Source of the DNA: an uncultured Bacteroidales bacterium
Lineage (GTDB): Bacteria > Bacteroidota > Bacteroidia > Bacteroidales > VadinHA17
Assembly: GCA_963849945.1 (NCBI GenBank)
Contig: CAWKJD010000003.1
Span: forward strand, 162,811-226,810
Length of the DNA stretch: 64,000 nt
Reading direction: 5' to 3'
The notes below the pieces were generated by a model that ran no database searches, was not told the DNA's origin, and saw only the letters and a program-made list of their open reading frames with translations. The position numbers were made by a program, and so were the translations under genes. Position 1 is the first letter of the stretch. Each line of letters begins with the position of its first letter. Of this stretch, positions 47,302 to 56,001 are shown piece after piece.

Positions 47302-47613
47302 TCAGAATGCCTTGAACCAATCCTGAAATATAATACCAACCCATGGAATCGGCTTCATCTCGCCCTGGATTGCCCAGATAAGACTCATTAGCCAGAATAC
47401 GAATAGGAGTATGCCGCCTGCTATCCAGATTACCGGACCCAGCAGGGGGATGTACGCAACCATCTTGAGCAGCAGGACAATAATGATGAAACCGAGGTTC
47501 TGCCTGATATAATAGCTGGCAAGCTCCTCTTTATTATTCATATTCACTATCAGGGCTATAATCCACCCTATTCCAAATAAATGTGCAACGATGGCTTTAG
47601 TTTTTGCGTCCAT
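47302..47613 (-). CDS. small integral membrane protein (DUF4870-like, tentative)
   Basis: 103-aa ORF; AIVAHLFGIGWIIALIV plus two further TM segments. Confidence 0.55.
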   Translation of the reverse strand: MDAKTKAIVAHLFGIGWIIALIVNMNNKEELASYYIRQNLGFIIIVLLLKMVAYIPLLGPVIWIAGGILLFVFWLMSLIWAIQGEMKPIPWVGIIFQDWFKAF

Positions 47614-47759
47614 AGATGTTTGGTTTTATTGTTTAATCAAATTTAAAAATAATTCATCGGCACGGATGATTTTCAAAGGAAATATTTTGGCAGAATAAAC
47701 GGAAAATAACACGGAGTTGCTTTGTTTATATATTTTTATGCCCTGATAATATCCTTCTG

Positions 47760-48665
47760 ATGATGGAGTATATCAACGCTCATATTGGTGAGTTTGCTGC
47801 GCTGGCAGTGGCCCTTTTCTGGACTGTCTCAGCTCTGGCTTTCGAATCCGCCAGCCGGAAAATAGGATCATTGTCGGTAAACATCATGAGGCTTTGTCTG
47901 GGCCTGGTTTTTATCAGCCTCCTGACAGTCATCATCCGCGGGCATCTGCTGCCTTTTGATGCCACCCGGCATAACTGGATATGGCTGGCGCTCTCAGGAA
48001 TCATCGGGCTTGTTCTCGGCGATTATTTCCTCTTTCGCTCCTACCCTCTGATAGGTTCCAGGTTTGCAATGCTGATCATGACACTCGCACCGCCGTTATC
48101 GGCTGTATTTGCTTATTTCATTCTCGGTGAATCACTTGATATTATTCAGATTGGCGGAATGCTTATTGTTATAATGGGTATAGCAATTGCGATCTTCAAT
48201 AAACCGGTAAGAGGAGAAAGGCTCTCTATCAAGCTCTCCTCCGCAGGTCTACTTTTTGCTTTTATCGGCGCTATCGGACAGGCATTGGGGATTGTACTCA
48301 GCAAGTACGGTATGGAGGGATATGACCCCTTTGCTTCAACGCAGATAAGGATAATAGCAGGAGCTGCGGGCTATTCAATCATCATCACCTTTTTAAGGAG
48401 ATGGAAGCAGGTAAGCCTTTCACTACGGAACCTCTCAGCCATGAAGGCCCTGACGCTGGGCTCCTTCTTCGGGCCTTTCCTGGGCATCTCCTTTTCGCTT
48501 CTTTCAGTCAAGTATACAGAGGCAGGTATAGCTTCGACAATAATGTCTATTACTCCGGTCCTGATACTGGCACCTTCGCTCTGGATTTATAAGGAGAAGA
48601 TCAATTTCATCGAAATTGCCGGAGCAGTGTTAAGCGTGGCTGGTGTTGCTCTCTTTTTCATCTGA
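47760..48665 (+). CDS. EamA/DMT-family transporter
   Basis: 301-aa ORF; 10 TM segments in two EamA-like halves. Confidence 0.8.
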   Translation: MMEYINAHIGEFAALAVALFWTVSALAFESASRKIGSLSVNIMRLCLGLVFISLLTVIIRGHLLPFDATRHNWIWLALSGIIGLVLGDYFLFRSYPLIGSRFAMLIMTLAPPLSAVFAYFILGESLDIIQIGGMLIVIMGIAIAIFNKPVRGERLSIKLSSAGLLFAFIGAIGQALGIVLSKYGMEGYDPFASTQIRIIAGAAGYSIIITFLRRWKQVSLSLRNLSAMKALTLGSFFGPFLGISFSLLSVKYTEAGIASTIMSITPVLILAPSLWIYKEKINFIEIAGAVLSVAGVALFFI

Positions 48666-49165
48666 CGGATTTTTCTTTCCAGGCCACTGATTACTATTCC
48701 TTTCCGCAAAGCTGACCAACATGTTTTTCGTTTCCTTTTAGGTCAAATTTTCCGTCACGTAAAATATCATCGTTTATACAATAATCCGGCTGTACTAAAG
48801 TTTTCATAATCTGATGACAATGGCACGGTCTTTGTTTACCAACCATCCACAGAAACGAAGATGATTTTTTTTGAAAAAAATGACTGAAAAGTATTCATAT
48901 ATTAAAAATTGATTTAAGTTTGCGCCTCAAAAACCGGGTATCATTTTTATGCTCAAAAAACGAACTGTCAATAACTCTGATCAGATGAGCATAAAAAGAT
49001 GAAAATCAGGTATAAACGCATGAAAGACATGTGTTCATATCTTTTACCGGCAGGATTGACATCAGGTTATGCATTTAATATCTTAGCCACAAATTTTTAA
49101 AATATTTTATAAACTAAAACGATTAATTAACACCACCGAAAAAAGGTAAATTCATTTACCGAAGT

Positions 49166-50410
49166 ATGAACGCTAACAGAAAAGAGGTAACGGTTTCTCA
49201 CGATGAGAACCAACCAATGGGCTGTTCTTCTGACGAAGAACCTGGCGCGGGTACCATGATCTTCCCGCAGATCGAATCCCACGATCGTTTAGTTAGCAAC
49301 CGGAGTTCGGAATTCATATGCCGCTACTTCCCCCTAACAAATTTTGACTCCTGGAATGACTGGAGATGGCAGTTACGCAATTCTTTTACCACTGCCGATG
49401 CTTTATCGCGCGTCATGACACTAAGTGATGACGAGATGAATGCACTCAACAGGTTGAAGAACAGGCTGCCGCTAAGGATCACTCCTTATTTCCTGTCTCT
49501 CATCTATGATTCGGCCCCGGGCTCACCCCTGCGCCGTACAATGATCCCGACAGGAGATGAGCTGATCATTACTGACATTGAGAAGGCTGACCCTCTTAAT
49601 GAGATGGGAAGCAGCCCTGTACCTGGTATCGTTCACCGTTACCCTGACAGGGCCCTCTTTACCGTCACTCAGTTCTGTTCATCGTACTGCAGATACTGCA
49701 CCCGGTCACACTCGGTTGGCAAGCTGGGCCATCTGACCAAAGGCGAATGGGACAGAGCATTCAGATATCTCGCAGAACACACTGAGATCCGTGACGTCAT
49801 CGTCAGCGGTGGAGATCCCCTGACAATGAATGACAACAAGCTTGAATACCTGCTGTCAAACCTGAGAGCCATCAAACATATTGAGATACTCAGGATTGGT
49901 ACAAAGGTGCCGGTTGTTCTCCCGCAAAGGATAACACCCCAGCTTGTGGCTATGCTCAGGAAATACCACCCGCTGTTCATGAGTATCCATTTCACTCACC
50001 CTGATGAGATCACTCCTGAAACACGCAGGGCATGTGAGATGCTTGCCGATGCAGGCATGCCTCTCGGCAGCCAGACAGTGCTTCTGAACGGTATCAATGA
50101 TGACCCGGCAGTGATGAAGAGCCTTATGCAGAAACTTCTTACCGTTCGGGTGAGACCTTATTATATATATCAGTGTGACCTGATACCGGGTTCAAGCCAT
50201 TTCAGAACCACTATAGAAAAGGGTATTGAAATAATTGAGAACCTAAGGGGTCACACCAGCGGTTATGCTGTACCGCAGTTTGTAGTTGACGCCCCCGGCG
50301 GCGGAGGAAAAATACCCATTCTGCCGGCATATGTTGTCGAAAGCGGACCGGAAAAATGGGTTTTGAGAAACTTCAGAAGAAACCAGTATACATATCCTAA
50401 TCAAAAGTAA
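49166..50410 (+). CDS. kamA: KamA-family radical-SAM aminomutase, probably lysine 2,3-aminomutase
   Basis: 414-aa ORF; WNDWRWQLRN, radical-SAM CSSYCRYCTRS, PLP region, YIYQCDL and VVDAPGGGGK motifs. Confidence 0.88.
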   Translation: MNANRKEVTVSHDENQPMGCSSDEEPGAGTMIFPQIESHDRLVSNRSSEFICRYFPLTNFDSWNDWRWQLRNSFTTADALSRVMTLSDDEMNALNRLKNRLPLRITPYFLSLIYDSAPGSPLRRTMIPTGDELIITDIEKADPLNEMGSSPVPGIVHRYPDRALFTVTQFCSSYCRYCTRSHSVGKLGHLTKGEWDRAFRYLAEHTEIRDVIVSGGDPLTMNDNKLEYLLSNLRAIKHIEILRIGTKVPVVLPQRITPQLVAMLRKYHPLFMSIHFTHPDEITPETRRACEMLADAGMPLGSQTVLLNGINDDPAVMKSLMQKLLTVRVRPYYIYQCDLIPGSSHFRTTIEKGIEIIENLRGHTSGYAVPQFVVDAPGGGGKIPILPAYVVESGPEKWVLRNFRRNQYTYPNQK

Positions 50411-50417
50411 CTGAGGG

Positions 50418-51391
50418 ATGAGGATCGGGCTCACGTATGACCTTCGTTCGTGGTATCTCGAACGTGGTTATACCATGGATGAAACAGCTGAATTTGACAA
50501 GGAAGAAACAATAGCTGCCCTGGAGGAGGTGCTTGGCCGTCTGGGCTATGAGACCGAACGCATAGGTAATATCTTTGAGCTTGTGGAGAACCTTGCCGCA
50601 GGCAAAAAATGGGATATGGTGTTCAACATCGCTGAAGGTTTATACGGCGATGGCCGTGAGTCAGTTGTGCCTGCTATTCTCGACCAGTACAGGATACCAT
50701 ACGTATTCAGCGGACCGGTGGTGATGGGTGTCTCACTGAATAAATATCTTGCACGCCTGGTGGTTGAAGCTGCCGGTGTGCCGGTGAGCCCGGGCATCAT
50801 AGCCGCAAAAGCCAGTGACATTGAAAATGCCTCATTCTTTCATACCCCCTGTTCGTCAAACCGGTGGCAGAGGGTACCGGCAAAGGCATCACAACAAGAA
50901 GCGTGGTCCATGATCATGATTCGCTTGTGACACTCGTGACGGATCTGCTTGAGAAATATCATCAGGCTGTTCTCATTGAAGAGTACCTGCCGGGAAGAGA
51001 GTTTACTGTCGGAGTTACCGGAAATGACATCGATGTAAAAGTGGTGGGTGGAATGGAAGTTATCTGCAAAGATAACCTGCCCTATTCCGTCGAGGTCAAG
51101 GAGAACTACCAGGATATCGTCAGGTATCTTCCCATTGACGATACTTGCAGACAGGAATGCAACGATGTGGCGTTAGGTGCATGGCATGCCCTTAACGCCG
51201 TGGATGCCTGCCGCGTAGACATGAAGGCTGACAGGAACGGCAGGATCTGCTTTATTGAAGCCAATCCTCTTGCCGGACTAAACCCGATACATTCGGACCT
51301 TCCGATACTGTCACGCCTGAACGGCACAGTATACAATTCCCTCATGGAGATGATAATGAATTCAGCCAGGAAAAGGTACGGACTTGCATAG
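50418..51391 (+). pseudogene. D-alanine--D-alanine ligase-like ATP-grasp enzyme, split by a 1-nt frameshift in a C5 run
   Basis: ORFs 50418..50930 and 50864..51391 are in different frames. One extra C at 50845-50849 would read ...ASFFHTPLFVKPVAEGTGKGI..., the Ddl-type PlfVKP..eGs.Gi motif. Combined length is about 324 aa. Confidence 0.75.
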
Positions 51392-51393
51392 TG

Positions 51394-52356
51394 ATGAAAA
51401 AGTGCCTGATAATATATAATGAGCCTTCTCCTGATGCTCTCCCTGATGAACTTGATGTACTTGACCAGGTAAACTTCATTGAGCGGACCCTGAAGGAACT
51501 TGGCTATGATATATCACGAAAGGGAATCACTGATGACTTCTTCCGTGAAATTCCACAGATAAAAGAAGGAGGTTATGAATTTGTTTTCAACCTGGTTGAA
51601 TTTGTGGGAAACAAGGCTGAGATCCTGTACTTCATTCCGGCACTGCTGAACATGCATCACATACCTTATACCGGGTGCTCAGTCGAAGCTACATTTGTCA
51701 CAAGCAGTAAGGTGCTTGCCCGTAAGATAATGAAATCCAATGACATACCTGTTGCAGGTGGTTATAATGTCTCCGATACGGATAAGCTCATTAAAGGCAA
51801 AAAATACATTCTTAAACCTGTCTGGGAAGATGGTTCGCTGGGCATAACTGAAGAATCCGTTTTTACATTTAACGGCCTCTTACCGGAATTGGTGAGAGAC
51901 AAAAATGACCGCCATTGGTTCATTGAGGAGTTCATTGACGGCCGCGAATTCAACGTGAGTGTCAAGTCAGGTCCCAATGGACCGGAGATGTTTCCTCCTG
52001 CAGAAATGGTCTTCCATGGTTACACTGAAGACATCCCGAGAATTGTAAGCTATAAGGCCAAATGGATCGAAGGGTCATTCCAGTATGAGAACAGCAAACG
52101 TCAATTCCCGGAAGACCTTAGCCCCAGACTGATGAAGAATCTCAGGGATGCCGTGTTTGGTTGCTGGCAAACTTTCGGACTGAAGGGATATGCCCGCGTT
52201 GACATGCGTGTTGATAACGATGAAAATGTTTATGTGCTCGAGGTCAACGCTAATCCGTGCATCTCGCCCGACAGCGGATTTATTTCGGCAGGTGTTCATG
52301 CCGGATATACCTACGCGGATATCATCGGAGATATCATCAAGGACCTCAATAAATAA
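51394..52356 (+). CDS. second D-alanine--D-alanine ligase-like ATP-grasp enzyme
   Basis: ORF 51391..52356 (ATG at 51394); paralogous architecture to the preceding gene (YILKPVWEDGSLGI, EEFIDGREFNVSV, ARVDMRVD...VLEVNANP). Confidence 0.8.
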   Translation: MKKCLIIYNEPSPDALPDELDVLDQVNFIERTLKELGYDISRKGITDDFFREIPQIKEGGYEFVFNLVEFVGNKAEILYFIPALLNMHHIPYTGCSVEATFVTSSKVLARKIMKSNDIPVAGGYNVSDTDKLIKGKKYILKPVWEDGSLGITEESVFTFNGLLPELVRDKNDRHWFIEEFIDGREFNVSVKSGPNGPEMFPPAEMVFHGYTEDIPRIVSYKAKWIEGSFQYENSKRQFPEDLSPRLMKNLRDAVFGCWQTFGLKGYARVDMRVDNDENVYVLEVNANPCISPDSGFISAGVHAGYTYADIIGDIIKDLNK

Positions 52357-52359
52357 CCC

Positions 52360-52839
52360 ATGCCTGAAGTTTCATTTGACATCACCCCTGCTGACAGACC
52401 TGTTCTTGAGAAAATACTTTCATCATCAGGATACTTTTATGATTTTGAAATCGAGGTAGCCCTGTCACTGGCAGACGAGACCTTTGAATTAGGTCAGGAG
52501 AAGAGCGGCTACTACTGGATACGTCTGATCGACGATGGCAGGGTTATAGGCTTTGCAAACTTCGGACCCAATCCTTCCTCTGTCCATTCATGGGAGCTTT
52601 ACTGGATTGCCATTATGGATGAATACAGAAAGAAGCATTATGGATCGGTAATACTCAAGGCAGCAGAGGAGAGGGTCAGGTCACAGGGAGGAAAGGTCTT
52701 CTGGATAGAGACATCAGGCCGGCCTCTTTATGAACCGACGAGATACTTCTATCTGAAAAACGGCTATGAGCTCGAAGCAACACTTCGGGAATTCTATGGA
52801 CCTGATGACGCAAAACTTATTTACAGGAAGGAACTGTGA
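52360..52839 (+). CDS. GNAT-family N-acetyltransferase
   Basis: 159-aa ORF; acetyl-CoA-binding-like segment (IAIMDEYRKKHYGSVILKAAEE), C-terminal YLKNGYE; 3 nt after the ATP-grasp gene. Confidence 0.8.
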   Translation: MPEVSFDITPADRPVLEKILSSSGYFYDFEIEVALSLADETFELGQEKSGYYWIRLIDDGRVIGFANFGPNPSSVHSWELYWIAIMDEYRKKHYGSVILKAAEERVRSQGGKVFWIETSGRPLYEPTRYFYLKNGYELEATLREFYGPDDAKLIYRKEL

Positions 52840-52874
52840 CAGGGTTTTAATCGGTTATTCTTCAGCAAAACTTT

Positions 52875-53537
52875 ATGGATGTCAGGATCGAAGCCGGCTG
52901 GAAAGAGAAGCTCAAAAGCGAATTTGACAGGGAATATTTTATTTCCCTGACACAGTTTGTCAGGGAGGAGTACCGCACAAGACAGGTCTTCCCGCCTGCT
53001 AACAGGATCTTCAATGCGTTTGATCTCTGTCCTTTCGATAAAGTGAAGGTCGTCATTATTGGCCAGGATCCATATCATAACGTCGGGCAGGCTCATGGAT
53101 TATGCTTTTCAGTCACTGACGGAACTGAATTCCCTCCAAGCCTTATTAATATTTTCAAGGAGCTGCAGAGAGATCTGGGCATTCCTATGCCCCGCTCCGG
53201 AAATCTTGAGCGCTGGGCCAGGCAGGGTGTGCTTCTTCTTAATGCTATCCTTACCGTCAGGGCACATCAGGCTTTGTCTCATGAAAACAAAGGATGGGAA
53301 AGATTTACCGATGCTGCAATCAGTGCATTGAACCGTGACAGGGATAATATAGTCTTTATGCTATGGGGAAGTTATGCCCAGAACAAGGGAGCCTCCATAG
53401 ATCCGTCACGTCATCTTATACTTAAAACAGTGCATCCCTCGCCCCTTTCTGCATCACGCGGCTTCTTCGGGTGCTCGCACTTCAGCAAATGCAATGACTG
53501 GCTGGTGGCAAAAGGACTGGAGCCTGTAGCATGGTGA
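52875..53537 (+). CDS. ung: uracil-DNA glycosylase (family 1)
   Basis: 220-aa ORF; GQDPYH water-activating loop, LLLNAILTV, HPSPLS motifs. Confidence 0.95.
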   Translation: MDVRIEAGWKEKLKSEFDREYFISLTQFVREEYRTRQVFPPANRIFNAFDLCPFDKVKVVIIGQDPYHNVGQAHGLCFSVTDGTEFPPSLINIFKELQRDLGIPMPRSGNLERWARQGVLLLNAILTVRAHQALSHENKGWERFTDAAISALNRDRDNIVFMLWGSYAQNKGASIDPSRHLILKTVHPSPLSASRGFFGCSHFSKCNDWLVAKGLEPVAW

Positions 53538-54707
53538 TCAGGACCGGAGTCCGCGACTTATTACTTCCATTATTTCTTCTCCGGGTTCAAAACCCATTGA
53601 CATCCTGATCAATCCCGGTTCGGGGTACTTAACGCCCCACACTGACTCCACCGGCATCAGAATTGTCCGTGCATCGCCGAGTGTAGGTATCAATCTTATT
53701 TCAGGATAGACTGCTGCAATGAACCTGTCACGTCGCGCCCTCTTTTCATCTTTTGTTTCACCTCTGAGGTCAAAGGTGACAATGGCGCCGTATCCCCTTC
53801 CGCCTGTAAGATCCCTGGCTGCTCTGTGCGTGACATGGGTCTCAAGACCCGGGTAAAGAACACTACTGACCTCTGGTGAAGAATCCAGCACTGCTGCAAC
53901 ACCGGCTGCATTATCGCACTGTTGTCTGAAACGAAGCTGAAACGAAGACAATTGTGTCTGCAGTCTGTAGGCGTCATCTGGCGACAGCATGTGACCCACA
54001 AACTTGCGGTACTCTATTGCGCTCTTCATCAGTATCTTATCATTGCCGCAAATCACACCTGCAGTCAGGTTACCGTGTCCTGACAGATATTTGGTGGCAC
54101 TGTGGATAACGATGTCAGCACCGTCATCAAGCGGCTTCCATAACAGCGGTGTCGCGAAGGTATTATCTATTATAACTCTTGCCCCGTATTTTTTTGCCAG
54201 CTGAATGATCCTCCTTCCTTCAGCAACAATAAGGAGAGGATTGGATATGGTTTCAAAATAAACAAGATCAGGCTTTGTTTCTGTGATTGTTTTCTCGAGC
54301 TGTTCATAATCGTAATCTGCACCCGTTGGTTTGAAGAAGTCGATTTTCAGACCGCGACGTTTCTCGAGCACGCTGGCAATATATGAAAGTGTCCCACCGT
54401 ATATTTCCGAGAAAAAGAGCCACCTGCTTTTTCTGCCGGCTTCCTGGAATATTGACAGTGCGATGTCTATTGCAGCCATACCTGATTGAGCCAGCAGGGC
54501 CCAGTCAGAACCCTCTGTCGTCATTATGGCTTCCTCGGCAGCGACTACGGTAGGGTTACGGTATCTTGAATAGATGTACAGATCAGGTTCTCTTTCATGA
54601 TCAGTCTCAGCTGCAAATGCGTCAGATGTTTTTCCGGCATCAGGCAGCTCAAAGCCGGCATCACGATATACCGGGGTTCTTGCGCTGTTTATCTCTTTCC
54701 TTTTCAT
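53538..54707 (-). CDS. Cys/Met-metabolism PLP-dependent enzyme (cystathionine gamma-synthase / methionine gamma-lyase family)
   Basis: 389-aa ORF; YSRYRNPT, HSATKYLSGHG pyridoxal-Lys motif; start overlaps the upstream FeS/membrane gene by 47 nt. Confidence 0.8.
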   Translation of the reverse strand: MKRKEINSARTPVYRDAGFELPDAGKTSDAFAAETDHEREPDLYIYSRYRNPTVVAAEEAIMTTEGSDWALLAQSGMAAIDIALSIFQEAGRKSRWLFFSEIYGGTLSYIASVLEKRRGLKIDFFKPTGADYDYEQLEKTITETKPDLVYFETISNPLLIVAEGRRIIQLAKKYGARVIIDNTFATPLLWKPLDDGADIVIHSATKYLSGHGNLTAGVICGNDKILMKSAIEYRKFVGHMLSPDDAYRLQTQLSSFQLRFRQQCDNAAGVAAVLDSSPEVSSVLYPGLETHVTHRAARDLTGGRGYGAIVTFDLRGETKDEKRARRDRFIAAVYPEIRLIPTLGDARTILMPVESVWGVKYPEPGLIRMSMGFEPGEEIMEVISRGLRS

Positions 54708-56001
54708 ATTCTTGATAAAAATGTTCAGAAATTGTTTCTTTTAAATTGACCGGGTGGAAGTCGTCGAAAAATAACGCTCTGTCGGCAGCAACACCGGCAA
54801 AAAACACTATTTCCGCAACGAGGGTGGTGACCTCGCTGCCCGGGTAAAGCAGGAGAAAAACAAGGGGAATTGAAAGAGCCCTGAAATAATAGATTAATTG
54901 GATAAGTCGGCCCTTTTCAGCTGACCTGTATCTGATTATAACGGAGATGGCAGCCAGCAGGGAGAAGACGAGAAAAATAGTTTCAGGCACAATGAACCAT
55001 GTGGCTATGAATGTACCGGAAAAGAATGCCTGACCGCTGTGCAGTTTAAGGGCTGCCGATTTGTCCGTGGTAAAATAAACCATATCAACAGAAATCAGGG
55101 CCAACAGTGCAGTGATGGCCAGCATAAAAAGGTGTATCATCCCCGGCCTGAGCCAGTTCAGATAAGCGAGGACGGTCAGGAACATCACTATTACTATTTC
55201 ACGGCTCAATGGTGATGAGGTGACATTCAGGACGGCTCTCCATGCGCGGGTACGCAGGCCGAGATGAGAGAAGGAAATAATCAGAGCACCTGTAAGCATG
55301 ATGACAGGAACTACTCTTGACGCACCAGTGTCTGATATGGCAGTTGCAATGAACAGAGCCGATGCTGCAATAACAAGAAGCGAGAAGACCAGCAGGCTCC
55401 ACTCTCTGAAAAGTTTTGTAACAGGCACCGGGTAACTGTTTTCTTCTTCTCCCGGTTCCTCTGGAGGAGGCAAAATAATGGGTCCTGACATTTCTGCCAT
55501 ACCAATGAGATTAACTGAAGGTCTTATTCCGGTATCGGGGAACCAATCTGCTCCGGCAGCAGGAAAAACGTCAAGTTCCGTCACCCTGAGTGCACCCGTG
55601 GGACAGGCCGTGACGCATGCAGGTTCAATTCCCTCAGCAGCCCTCCCGGTGCAAAAATGGCATTTCTCGATAAGCCCCTTTTCTTCATTTATTTTTGGCG
55701 CATCATACGGGCATCGCCATGTACAGTAGCTGCAACCCATACATCTCTCCTGATGATGTATAACCCCGCCTGTGCTGTCAACGGTGTAAGCTTTTGCCGG
55801 GCATCCTTCAAGGCAGGCTGGTTTCTCACAGTGGTTGCAGGCCAGTGAGAGATTAATTACCCTGAGGAGAGACAACGCTTCACTGTTCCAGGAATAAATA
55901 TTCCTTGTCCCGGATTGAAAACCGTTTTCGAGCATGCATGCAGCGTTGCAGGCCCTGCAGTCGACACAAAGTGCGGCATCAAATTCAAATCCTCTTCTCA
56001 T
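54661..56001 (-). CDS. fusion of a 4x[4Fe-4S] ferredoxin-type subunit with a polytopic membrane anchor (DmsB/PsrB-like plus DmsC/NrfD-like)
   Basis: 446-aa ORF; four Cys clusters (CVDCRACNAAC, CNHCEKPACLEGCP, CMGCSYCTWRCP, CHFCTGR...CVTACP) followed by about 8 TM segments. Confidence 0.75.
   Translation of the reverse strand: MRRGFEFDAALCVDCRACNAACMLENGFQSGTRNIYSWNSEALSLLRVINLSLACNHCEKPACLEGCPAKAYTVDSTGGVIHHQERCMGCSYCTWRCPYDAPKINEEKGLIEKCHFCTGRAAEGIEPACVTACPTGALRVTELDVFPAAGADWFPDTGIRPSVNLIGMAEMSGPIILPPPEEPGEEENSYPVPVTKLFREWSLLVFSLLVIAASALFIATAISDTGASRVVPVIMLTGALIISFSHLGLRTRAWRAVLNVTSSPLSREIVIVMFLTVLAYLNWLRPGMIHLFMLAITALLALISVDMVYFTTDKSAALKLHSGQAFFSGTFIATWFIVPETIFLVFSLLAAISVIIRYRSAEKGRLIQLIYYFRALSIPLVFLLLYPGSEVTTLVAEIVFFAGVAADRALFFDDFHPVNLKETISEHFYQEYEKERDKQRKNPGIS

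Noticed and set aside
48666-49165. Lysine riboswitch upstream of kamA
   Set aside because: I could not find the conserved lysine-riboswitch helices or core by eye, and the region is very AT-rich. It is kept only as an unexplained long leader, and an Infernal scan is needed.
52821-53096. 91-aa and 64-aa minus-strand ORFs overlapping the GNAT end and the ung start
   Set aside because: They are antisense to ung, which has canonical GQDPYH/HPSPLS motifs, and have no motifs of their own.
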